A stretch of 53,616 nt of DNA from a virus (lineage: Duplodnaviria > Caudoviricetes), in IMG/VR virus record IMGVR_UViG_3300042881_003221, positions 1 to 53,616 of that record, one strand, 5' to 3'. Position numbers and translations under genes: made by a program. The notes under the pieces are model-generated. The model was given only the letters and a program-made list of their open reading frames with translations, was not told the DNA's origin and did no database searches. Positions 7,782 to 15,750 of the stretch are shown piece after piece (the first letter of the stretch is position 1; each line of letters opens with the position of its first letter).

Positions 7782-8155
7782 TGGATCGCATCTTTTCATC
7801 GCGGCCGGTCAACAAAGCCGCAGCTCTGGTCACCGGCAAAGGCGTTCACTACACGGCGCCGGAGAAATGCTATGGCGGGACGGTCTGGCAGGACACGCCC
7901 ATCAAGACCGAGCCGCTGCACAAAAGCGTATGGGACGCGAACGCCAATCTGACAGGCCGGCAAATCTGCCGTCTTCGGGTTATCGGATACAAAGGCAGCG
8001 GGAAGAAAAGCGCCAAGTGGGTGGTCCGTTGCGTGTGCGGTCACTATGGCATCCAGACCGGCGCATACCTCCGGACACCCACCGCGCAGGTGCGGGCCAT
8101 GTGCCCGGCGTGTGACCACCTAGAGTATCTGCGCGGCACGCAGAGGCCAGGATGA
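7781..8155 (+). CDS. Hypothetical with Cys motifs resembling HNH N-terminal modules
   Basis: NLTGRQICRLRVIG..KWVVRCVCG..CPAC. Confidence 0.55.
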   Translation: MDRIFSSRPVNKAAALVTGKGVHYTAPEKCYGGTVWQDTPIKTEPLHKSVWDANANLTGRQICRLRVIGYKGSGKKSAKWVVRCVCGHYGIQTGAYLRTPTAQVRAMCPACDHLEYLRGTQRPG

Positions 8156-8445
8156 ACCCCATCAACCTCGGCCCGAAGATCGACGGTGCGCGGCACGGCG
8201 TGTGCGACCTGGGGCCGATCGTCATGGACCAAGCCGTGCGCGATCCGAGCGGTTGCATCTGGGCACGGCTGCGGATCGCGAGCGCGGATTGGGTGCTGAT
8301 GTATGCGTCGGATGATGATCTCGTCACCATGGCGTGGCACGGGTTCATCACACTCGACGGGGTGGACTGGCGGGTCGCAATCGATCCGGGGACGTGGGTG
8401 CTGACGTTCCATGAGTGCAAGCAGCCGTATTACCCTCCCACATAA
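8152..8445 (+). CDS. Hypothetical protein
   Basis: ATGA-coupled 97-aa ORF. Confidence 0.55.
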   Translation: MNPINLGPKIDGARHGVCDLGPIVMDQAVRDPSGCIWARLRIASADWVLMYASDDDLVTMAWHGFITLDGVDWRVAIDPGTWVLTFHECKQPYYPPT

Positions 8446-8452
8446 CCATCCA

Positions 8453-8481
8453 TTGCCCAGCGCCACTACGCGACGTAATAT
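8453..8481 (+). promoter_or_regulatory. Promoter of the replication module with overlapping palindrome
   Basis: TTGCCC(8453-8458)-N17-TAATAT(8476-8481); TACG-CGA-CGTA inverted repeat at 8467-8477. Confidence 0.6.
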
Positions 8482-8504
8482 ATACCGGATAAATGGGGGC
8501 TGGC

Positions 8505-8711
8505 ATGGAACGTTTCGAGATGAGACTACCAAGGGAGGCGGTGGGGCAAATCGACGCGCTCGCCACTGAGCAAGGGCTTTCCCGCGCGGCCGTCGTGCGC
8601 CGCGCGATCGGCGTCCTGGCCACGGCGGAGGGGCGCGCGGTCGGGTCCTATGTCGGGATCACCCGAAACCGGGAGGCGTTGGACGTGGTTTTGATGGGGG
8701 CGCGGCAATGA
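8505..8711 (+). CDS. CopG-like ribbon-helix-helix regulator
   Basis: ERFEMRLPREAVGQIDALATEQGLSRAAVVRRAI. Confidence 0.8.
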   Translation: MERFEMRLPREAVGQIDALATEQGLSRAAVVRRAIGVLATAEGRAVGSYVGITRNREALDVVLMGARQ

Positions 8712-9025
8712 GCGACAAACCTATGCCGGTGGAACTTGTCACATGGAAGTCCGTCCGAAAGGGCGGGTTGCGTGGCTTCGCTGACGTGCGCGTTGGCGCG
8801 CTTCGTATCAACGGCGTGATGATATACCGCAAGAACGACGGCGGTGTTTGGGCGGCACTTCCTTCGAAGCCGTCCATCAATTCCGATGGTTCCGTGTTCC
8901 GTGGCACAGACGGCAAGCCCAAATACACGCCGATCTTGGAATGGACAAACCGGGACACATCCGATCGGTTCTCGGCCGCAGTGATCGCCGCTATCGAGCA
9001 GGACCACCCCGGCGACACGGAATGA
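8708..9025 (+). CDS. SpoVG-like nucleic-acid-binding protein
   Basis: LRGFADVRVGALRINGVMI..GVWAALPSKP..YTPI..FSAAVIAA. Confidence 0.7.
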   Translation: MSDKPMPVELVTWKSVRKGGLRGFADVRVGALRINGVMIYRKNDGGVWAALPSKPSINSDGSVFRGTDGKPKYTPILEWTNRDTSDRFSAAVIAAIEQDHPGDTE

Positions 9026-9843
9026 CCGTGATGGCCATCCCGGAGGAAATCGAGCGGGTGGCGTTGCTCGGGTGGCATGTTTATCCGGCTTCACAATATT
9101 CACGCGCCGCGTGCTTTGCCGGCGCGTCGGCTAATGCGTCCTGCGATCTGGACACCATCGCCCGATGGGGTTCAGAGTATCCGGGATGCAACTGGCGGGT
9201 TGTGTTCGGCCCATCCGGTCTATGGGGCATCGACTGCGACGTTCCGCCCTTGCATGAGGATGGAGTGTCAGCCTTCAAGGCTATCGTTGCCCAAAACTCC
9301 CCACTCCCCCCGCGCCCGGTCATGCAATCTGGCTCGGGTGGCATCGGCATTTTCTTCCGACACAATGGAGAGCCGATCCGTGGACAATCCGGCTACCCCG
9401 CACCCGGCATAGACCCGAGGCGAGGCCGACTGTCCCAAACAATCCCGCCATCCCGCCATGTGGATACGAAAGGCGCCTATCGGTGGCTTGTGCCTCCATG
9501 GGAGGTATCTCCGCCCGATGCGCCCCGATGGTTGTTGGACCTGATGGCGCCGGCGCCGATGCCATCCACGCGCTCGGCGCCGGTTATCACGGGCGACGGA
9601 CCAAAGTTGGCCTATGCGTGCGCGGCCCTCAAATCAGCTCTTGCCAGGATCGCCACCGCACCAGCCGGCCAGGCCAACGACACGCTCAATCAAGAGGCGT
9701 ATGGAATGGCCCGGTTCATCAACGAAGGCACGCTATCCGACGGAGACGTGCGAGATGCGCTCATGGTTGCCGCACGACACAGGGCTATCCCGATGCGCGA
9801 GGCTATGGCTACGATCAACAGCGGCATCAAAGCGAGGACATAG
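9022..9843 (+). CDS. Bifunctional DNA primase/polymerase (Prim-Pol)
   Basis: GWHVYP..ASCDLDTIARW..NWRVVFGPSGLWGIDCD..QSGSGG..PPSRH..YRW; C-terminal helical domain. Confidence 0.85.
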   Translation: MTVMAIPEEIERVALLGWHVYPASQYSRAACFAGASANASCDLDTIARWGSEYPGCNWRVVFGPSGLWGIDCDVPPLHEDGVSAFKAIVAQNSPLPPRPVMQSGSGGIGIFFRHNGEPIRGQSGYPAPGIDPRRGRLSQTIPPSRHVDTKGAYRWLVPPWEVSPPDAPRWLLDLMAPAPMPSTRSAPVITGDGPKLAYACAALKSALARIATAPAGQANDTLNQEAYGMARFINEGTLSDGDVRDALMVAARHRAIPMREAMATINSGIKART

Positions 9844-11439
9844 ATGGCACTCCCGTTTGATCCCGAGAAGGTTGTGCAGGATGCGATCAAGCGCGCCTCC
9901 CGCCCTCCGATCATTGAAGACCAGTCGCGCCCAACCATAGAGGTTGTCGCAGGGCAGCGGCATGTTGCGGCCGATCAGGCGATTGACGCTATGGTGCAAA
10001 ACGGCACCGCATTTTATCAAAGGTCGTCATCGCTGGTTCGGGTGACATCCACGAAGGCGAAAACGGCCGATGGTGCAATTATCGAAACACCGGCCATAAC
10101 GCCAGTCACAGCCCCTATCCTCGGCCGAGCCATGGGACAGGCAGCCGAATGGGAACGGATGACAACCAAAAACGGCCTCATTCGCATAGACCCGCCGAAA
10201 GAGGTAGTGGAACAGGTCGCCGCCATGTCTGGCGAATGGCCATTCCCCCCGATTGCTGGCGTTATCGGCACGCCCACTATGCGCCCTGATGGCACGATCC
10301 TAGACCGCGTGGGGTATGACATCGCAACCGGCCTTGTGTTGGTTGGCCCTCCGCGTATGCCGCGTATCCCCGATCGTCCCGCCAGGCAGGACGCCGACCG
10401 CGCCTTAGAGGTCCTGCAATCCCTTCTGGCCGAGTTCCCGTTCGTGGATGACGCATCGCGCGCGGTGGCGCTGTCCATGATCCTAACCGTCGTGTTGCGC
10501 GGTGCACTCCTGCCGGCCGTGCCGATGCACGCCGCCACAGCGCCACAACCTGGCACCGGCAAAAGCTACCTCGCGGATATCGCATCGGTGATCGGGACGG
10601 GAGAACGCTGCGCGGTGATCGCCATGTCGCCAGACGTGAACGAGACGGAAAAGCGACTGATCGCCGCCGCGCTGTCCGGGCAACAAATCATAGCCATCGA
10701 CAACGTATCGGAAATCATGGCCGGCGATTTCCTAAACCAAGTGACAGAGCGACCGTTGCTCAAAATCCGCCCCTTGGGCACCTCGACGGATATCCGCATC
10801 CCCAACACGTTTACCCTGTTCGCGAACGGCAACAACCTTTCGGCCCCGGCCGATATGGTCCGCCGGACGTTGCTCTGCCAACTCGACGCGAACGTCGAAA
10901 ACCCGGAGGCTCGGCAGTTTGCCGGCAACCCGGTGGCGGACGTGATGGCGAACCGTGGGCACTACGTCGCCGCCGCACTGACGATCGGACGGGCCTATGT
11001 GTGCGCTGGCTATCCCGATCAACTTCCGCCCCTCGCCTCGTTCGAGCGGTGGTCCAACCTCGTCCGTTCGGCACTGGCTTGGCTTGGCGCTGGCGATCCC
11101 TGCAAGTCTATGGACATGGCCCGAGCCGAAGACCCGATACGAGCGGCCCGAGCGGCAGTGTTTGCGGGGTGGGCAAAAGAGCTTGGATTGAACCCCGGCG
11201 GGCTGACCGTCCCACAAATGATACAGGAGGCGGACGCGTTCGACGGGACAGGGTTTCAGTGTCCAACCTTCAGGGAGGCGGTTCTTGGCGTTGCGGCGGA
11301 GCGTTCGGGCACCGCTATATCCCCCAAACGGTTCGGCAAGTGGCTTGCCTCCAACAATAACAACGTCATAGGTGGGTTTAAGCTGACCGCAAACCGATCG
11401 GACCCGTCGCGTGTGCGCTGGATGTTGACCAAGCAATGA
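9844..11439 (+). CDS. Primase-associated P-loop ATPase/helicase
   Basis: PQPGTGKS Walker A, IIAIDN Walker B, FANGNN, DMVRR; directly after Prim-Pol. Confidence 0.8.
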   Translation: MALPFDPEKVVQDAIKRASRPPIIEDQSRPTIEVVAGQRHVAADQAIDAMVQNGTAFYQRSSSLVRVTSTKAKTADGAIIETPAITPVTAPILGRAMGQAAEWERMTTKNGLIRIDPPKEVVEQVAAMSGEWPFPPIAGVIGTPTMRPDGTILDRVGYDIATGLVLVGPPRMPRIPDRPARQDADRALEVLQSLLAEFPFVDDASRAVALSMILTVVLRGALLPAVPMHAATAPQPGTGKSYLADIASVIGTGERCAVIAMSPDVNETEKRLIAAALSGQQIIAIDNVSEIMAGDFLNQVTERPLLKIRPLGTSTDIRIPNTFTLFANGNNLSAPADMVRRTLLCQLDANVENPEARQFAGNPVADVMANRGHYVAAALTIGRAYVCAGYPDQLPPLASFERWSNLVRSALAWLGAGDPCKSMDMARAEDPIRAARAAVFAGWAKELGLNPGGLTVPQMIQEADAFDGTGFQCPTFREAVLGVAAERSGTAISPKRFGKWLASNNNNVIGGFKLTANRSDPSRVRWMLTKQ

Positions 11440-11448
11440 GGCACGGGG

Positions 11449-11582
11449 ATGCGGGTAATGCGCCTTCTGCGGGTTCTGTCTAACTCCCCCATGACGAAAA
11501 AACAGAGAACAATATAGGAACAGCCGTGAAATACACATGGGAACCTAGTCCAGCACTCCCGCAGAAGGCGCAGAACCCGCAT
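11449..11582. repeat. 25-bp inverted repeat flanking an A-rich spacer; putative replication origin
   Basis: ATGCGGGTAATGCGCCTTCTGCGGG (11449-11473) vs CCCGCAGAAGGCGCAGAACCCGCAT (11558-11582), 23/25; just downstream of the ATPase gene. Confidence 0.65.
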
Positions 11583-11597
11583 TCTGAACCGGGCCAA

Positions 11598-11626
11598 CAA
11601 AAAACCGTCCCAATTGTGGGACGGTT
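11598..11626 (-). terminator. Intrinsic terminator for the 11659-11874 gene
   Basis: - strand AACCGTCCCA-CAAT-TGGGACGGTT followed by T run. Confidence 0.75.
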
Positions 11627-11658
11627 CATGAAGGCACTGTGTCAGCGGTCGGTGGGAT

Positions 11659-11874
11659 CTAAGCCGTTCGCCATAAGCGGGTTTCATCTCCCACCGTTCT
11701 CGTCGTGTAATTCCATCCCGACGCCCGATGCTTGGCTTTGTAACCGGCTGCCATCGAGAGCAGGTAATCCCTGCGCTCCTTTTCAATGGCGAGACTGTCG
11801 CCAACCGAAAGTTCGGAGAAAGGGAACCCACGGAGTCTTGGCGCTGGGATCGGAATATCCCGAGAAATCTTCAT
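11659..11874 (-). CDS. Small conserved-looking phage protein
   Basis: MKISRDIPIP..FPFSELSVGDS..YTTRTVGDETRLWRTA; SD GAGGA; own terminator. Confidence 0.75.
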   Translation of the reverse strand: MKISRDIPIPAPRLRGFPFSELSVGDSLAIEKERRDYLLSMAAGYKAKHRASGWNYTTRTVGDETRLWRTA

Positions 11875-11970
11875 CGTTCTATCCTCATGGTTGTTGGGTT
11901 AGGCAAGTCCTCCTTATTTAGTTGGTTATTCCGGTCATTCAATACCAGAGATAAGGAATTAACCGAAGTG

Positions 11971-12243
11971 ATGAAACCCACCGCCTACGCCACCCCCCGA
12001 ACCATTCGACCCTACTCCCTAGGCCAGAACCCCGAATGGGATGCTGTGTCCCGAATGCTCGCAGCGGGTTTGGTGACCGTGTGCCCCGATCCGATGGCGG
12101 TGGGGTTGGTGCGGGTGGAGATGGTGGACACAGCGGGCGATATTCGGCCCCAGACGGCGCGCGTGTCCCATCCCGCTAGCCCACTAGAGGCCCGACCACA
12201 AACGACCGTCCTGACGCATTCTAGGAAGGAACCCCGCCGATGA
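11971..12243 (+). CDS. Hypothetical protein
   Basis: SD-like AAGGA upstream; coupled to the next ORF. Confidence 0.45.
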   Translation: MKPTAYATPRTIRPYSLGQNPEWDAVSRMLAAGLVTVCPDPMAVGLVRVEMVDTAGDIRPQTARVSHPASPLEARPQTTVLTHSRKEPRR

Positions 12244-12443
12244 CCCGGAAATCCCGCCTATGGACGGCGTGGCTAATCGGGGAAGACGGGAACGCCCCAC
12301 GCAACCCGGCCGGATACCGACTGGCGCGGAAATTCTGGGGACGGCAGGTCGCGCGGATGCACTGGCCCGGCGCGTGGCGATTGTCCAAGCGAGTTATCCG
12401 ACCCCGCATCCGCTATCTGCGACACAAGGAACCCCTCCCATGA
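12240..12443 (+). CDS. Small basic Trp/Arg-rich protein
   Basis: SD AAGGA; ATGA coupling at both ends. Confidence 0.55.
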   Translation: MTRKSRLWTAWLIGEDGNAPRNPAGYRLARKFWGRQVARMHWPGAWRLSKRVIRPRIRYLRHKEPLP

Positions 12444-12970
12444 CCGACTACGGCGCCCTATCCACCCGAGACATCAAGGGCCGCGTCACCCTCCCCGCCC
12501 GGCTGATGCTCGAAGACCGGCCCGATCCAGAAGCGCCCAACCGCACCGTTCGTGGTGCGCGATACGTCGACCATCTGGCCAGGACCCTCGGCGCCGATCG
12601 CAAGCGGTGGTCCGATACCGACCGTCTCCGCTATTGGGCGGCCGAGCTATACCGGGACGATTGGGCAATCGGGGAGGATGGCGCGTCCCCGAACACCGGC
12701 GAGACGCTGCCATCCCTTCGCACTGGCGGGCCGGGGAGCTATGGGCCGCCTGATGGTAGGGTTGACGCCTTGGCCCGCCTGAGAGGCGCTAGGAGGGCGC
12801 TGGATGCGGTGCCTATCGGGTCACGCGTCGCTGTGTTCAACGTGGTCATCAAGAATTGGAAGCTCCAATCCGTCCCCGGATATAGCGGCCGCTCGCACGC
12901 TGCGTTGCGGTCGTCGCTCATGGCGGGGTTGGATGCGCTGGCGGTGCATTATGAGGGGATGGGACGGTGA
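12440..12970 (+). CDS. Putative late-gene regulator (DUF6456-like)
   Basis: DPEAPNRTVRGAR..AAELYRDDW..ARRAL..LMAGLDALAVHY; position just before the packaging genes. Confidence 0.6.
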   Translation: MTDYGALSTRDIKGRVTLPARLMLEDRPDPEAPNRTVRGARYVDHLARTLGADRKRWSDTDRLRYWAAELYRDDWAIGEDGASPNTGETLPSLRTGGPGSYGPPDGRVDALARLRGARRALDAVPIGSRVAVFNVVIKNWKLQSVPGYSGRSHAALRSSLMAGLDALAVHYEGMGR

Positions 12971-13230
12971 AGACGCCAGAACTAACTGCCAAGGAGGGAG
13001 AGGGAAATATCCAACTCCCCAACGACTGGAACCAATCCGACGTAAGAGCGCGCCGCGCCTTGCTCGCAGATTGGGTGTGGCATCTAGCCTATGTCTGGGG
13101 TGAGACTATTCTCGAACAACAATCCGGTGAATTTGCTGTTCCAGACGTTGGGCCAGATATCGAATATGCGAAGTCCCTTTGGCTAAAGGAATTCGGCGAG
13201 TTCCCAACGCTATATACAGAAGACGAATAG
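12967..13230 (+). CDS. Hypothetical acidic protein
   Basis: GTGA-coupled 87-aa ORF, lower GC. Confidence 0.55.
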   Translation: MKTPELTAKEGEGNIQLPNDWNQSDVRARRALLADWVWHLAYVWGETILEQQSGEFAVPDVGPDIEYAKSLWLKEFGEFPTLYTEDE

Positions 13231-13237
13231 AAACCCC

Positions 13238-13267
13238 TTGACACCCCGGAAACAAAACCGCTATCAA
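13238..13267 (+). promoter_or_regulatory. Putative late promoter
   Basis: TTGACA(13238-13243) with CTATCA/TATCAA 17-18 nt downstream, before HNH-TerS-TerL. Confidence 0.55.
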
Positions 13268-13286
13268 ATCCATAAGATGGGGTTTC

Positions 13287-13637
13287 GTGACGGTGGGGGT
13301 TAGACCAACGCTCAAATCCCTACCTCCCCGCATTGGATCAATCAGCACTGCCATCGCTCGCACGCTGCCGAAAGTGGCGGATGCGGAACTTCTCACGCCT
13401 GAACATCGGGCTTGGCGCAAAGCTGTGATGGACCGATCGGGTTGGCGATGCGAGGCGGTCGAGGGCGGCTACCGATGCACCAATCGTCATCCAATGCGGA
13501 TGTTCGCCGACCACGTCACGGAACGGAAAGACGGTGGCGCAGCATTGGACCCGGCGAACGGGCAATGCCTTTGTGGCAGGCATCACGCATTGAAGACGCA
13601 ACGGGCTAGAGCAGAGAGGTTCGCCCGTAAGACATAG
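13287..13637 (+). CDS. Packaging-associated HNH endonuclease
   Basis: WRKAVMDRSGWRCE..ADHV..DGG..DPANGQCLCGRHH; adjacent to terminase as for HK97 gp74. Confidence 0.88.
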   Translation: MTVGVRPTLKSLPPRIGSISTAIARTLPKVADAELLTPEHRAWRKAVMDRSGWRCEAVEGGYRCTNRHPMRMFADHVTERKDGGAALDPANGQCLCGRHHALKTQRARAERFARKT

Positions 13638-13787
13638 CGACCCGGACGGGCGTTGGAAGCGCCGGCCCGGGGGGGCACCCTCAGATACCCGGCAGCGCAA
13701 GGGGCTTTTACCACCCGGGTCTCATTCAGGGATTCCACAGCCCCACCAACTTGATTTGCCCTTACGAAACCAAGAGGAACCAAAAAC
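13638..13787. other. Probable cos/packaging-initiation region
   Basis: Non-coding gap with a G7 run between HNH and TerS, where cos lies in HK97-like phages; exact ends cannot be determined here. Confidence 0.45.
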
Positions 13788-14075
13788 GTGAACGGACATG
13801 GCGGCTCCCGTCCTGGATCGGGCCGCCCCAAAGGTGTGAAGCCAGACGCGCCGGCCGAGTGGCTTTCGACGGATGGCCTTTCCCCGCTCGAAACGCTGCT
13901 GACTATTATGCGGAACCCGGAAGCCCCGCTTAAACTGCGGTTTCTGGCTGCAAAGGAAGCGGCTCCGTATATGCATCCGAAGTTGTCGCCGAAATCGGCA
14001 GATGTGGATGACCAATCGCAGATCACGCCAGAGGAAGCCGCATGGAGTGCGGACCTGGGGATGCGCCCTAACTGA
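13788..14075 (+). CDS. terS: Terminase small subunit
   Basis: HGGSRPGSGRPKG..SPLETLLTIMRN..AAKEAAPYMHPKL; directly upstream of TerL. Confidence 0.8.
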   Translation: MNGHGGSRPGSGRPKGVKPDAPAEWLSTDGLSPLETLLTIMRNPEAPLKLRFLAAKEAAPYMHPKLSPKSADVDDQSQITPEEAAWSADLGMRPN

Positions 14076-15739
14076 TGCCTTGGGACCTGTCGTGCTTGGA
14101 TTGGCAGGATCGTATCCGCGCCGGTCGATCGCTGGTCCCTGACCTACCGCTTGACAATGAAGCCGCAGAACGTGCGGTCCGGGTCTTTAACCGGCTCCGT
14201 CTGGCAGACGTTCCGGGCAATCCAACCTTGGGAGAGGCTGCGGGGGATTGGTTCCGCGATATTGTGCGGGCCTTGTTCGGTTCGTGGGACCCTGTGACGA
14301 AAGAGCGGTTTATCCGCGAGATTTTCGTTCTGGTTCCGAAGAAATCGAGCAAGACCAGCTACAGCGCGGGCGCGATGTTGACGGCGCTGATCCTGAATGA
14401 GCGCCCGATGGGCAAGTTTCTGTTGGTGGCGCCGACGCAGGATGTGACGGAATTGGCGTTCGGGCAGGCATCCGGCGCGATCGACTTGGACGGGTATCTT
14501 TCCAAGCGGATGAAGGTGCAATCGCACCTAAAGAAGATCACCGACACGACCAATGGCGCGACTTTGGAGGTTATGAGCTTCGATCCGCAGGTGTTGACTG
14601 GTCAGAAGCCGACCGGGTTCCTGGTCGACGAGTTGCACGTCATGTCTGCCAGCGCGAAGGCGGCAAGTGCGGTTGGACAGTTGCGGGGCGGCATGATTGC
14701 CCAGCCGGAAGCGTTCGGGGTGTTCATCACGACGCAATCGGAGAAGCCCCCGGCTGGTGTTTTTCGTGCGGAATTGAACCGGGCGCGGTCAATCCGCGAT
14801 GGTAAGGCAACCGGGCCGCTGTTGCCGGTGCTGTATGAGTTTCCGCCGGATATCGCGGGCACTGCGGAGAAGTGGCAGGACCCCGCCAACTGGCACATGG
14901 TCACACCGAACGCGGGGCGGTCGATTACGATCCCACGCTTGATTGATGAGTTCAAGACGGCCGGCCAGCTTGGGACGGAAGAAGTAACCCGCTGGTCTTC
15001 TCAGCACCTCAACATCGAGGTCGGGATAGGTCTCACGTCCGACCGCTGGCGTGGCGCGGACCACTGGCTAACCTCTGGTGAGCCTGATTTGACGTTGGAG
15101 ACGCTGTTAGATCGATCCGAGGTCGTGGTGATCGGTGTTGACGGCGGCGGGTTGGACGATTTGCTTTCGGTGTCGGTGGTGGGTCGCGAGGTTGATACGC
15201 GGCGTTGGCTTTCGTGGTCAAAGTCCTGGGTGCATGAGGGCGTGCTGAGCCTCCGCAAGTCGGAGGCATCGCGGTTGCGCGATTATGCTGCGGCGGGCGA
15301 TCTGGTGATTGTTGACGATATGGAGGCCGCGTTTGAACAGGTCGCGGACCTGGCGGCCGAGGTCGATGCGTCGGGCTTGCTGTCCCGCGTTGGCTTGGAC
15401 CCGATGGGCGTGGGCATGATCGTTGACGCCATGGCCACCCGTGGGATTGACGGTGACCGGGTGGTTGCTGTGTCGCAGGGTTGGACCTTGAACGGCGCGA
15501 TCAAGACGGCAGAAGTCAAGCTGGCGTCGGGTGCTTTGGTTCATGCGGATCAGGCGATTATGGCATGGGCCGTGGGCAACGCGAAGGCTGAGCCGAAGGG
15601 TAACGCGATCACGATCAACAAGCAAAACAGCGGGACCGGAAAGATTGATCCCGTGATGGCACTGTTTGATGCTGTGGCTTTGATGTCTCGGAACCCGGAA
15701 GCAGTCCCTCCGGTCGATGTTTTTGCAATGGTCGCCTAA
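14075..15739 (+). CDS. terL: Terminase large subunit
   Basis: VPKKSSKT Walker A, LVDELH Walker B, ITTQ, GVDGGGLDDL, KIDPVMA nuclease motifs. Confidence 0.95.
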   Translation: MPWDLSCLDWQDRIRAGRSLVPDLPLDNEAAERAVRVFNRLRLADVPGNPTLGEAAGDWFRDIVRALFGSWDPVTKERFIREIFVLVPKKSSKTSYSAGAMLTALILNERPMGKFLLVAPTQDVTELAFGQASGAIDLDGYLSKRMKVQSHLKKITDTTNGATLEVMSFDPQVLTGQKPTGFLVDELHVMSASAKAASAVGQLRGGMIAQPEAFGVFITTQSEKPPAGVFRAELNRARSIRDGKATGPLLPVLYEFPPDIAGTAEKWQDPANWHMVTPNAGRSITIPRLIDEFKTAGQLGTEEVTRWSSQHLNIEVGIGLTSDRWRGADHWLTSGEPDLTLETLLDRSEVVVIGVDGGGLDDLLSVSVVGREVDTRRWLSWSKSWVHEGVLSLRKSEASRLRDYAAAGDLVIVDDMEAAFEQVADLAAEVDASGLLSRVGLDPMGVGMIVDAMATRGIDGDRVVAVSQGWTLNGAIKTAEVKLASGALVHADQAIMAWAVGNAKAEPKGNAITINKQNSGTGKIDPVMALFDAVALMSRNPEAVPPVDVFAMVA

Positions 15740-15750
15740 CCAAAACCGGA

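Noticed and set aside
11900-11965. CtrA box (TTAA-N7-TTAA)
   Set aside because: Only a single TTAA half-site; spacing does not fit.
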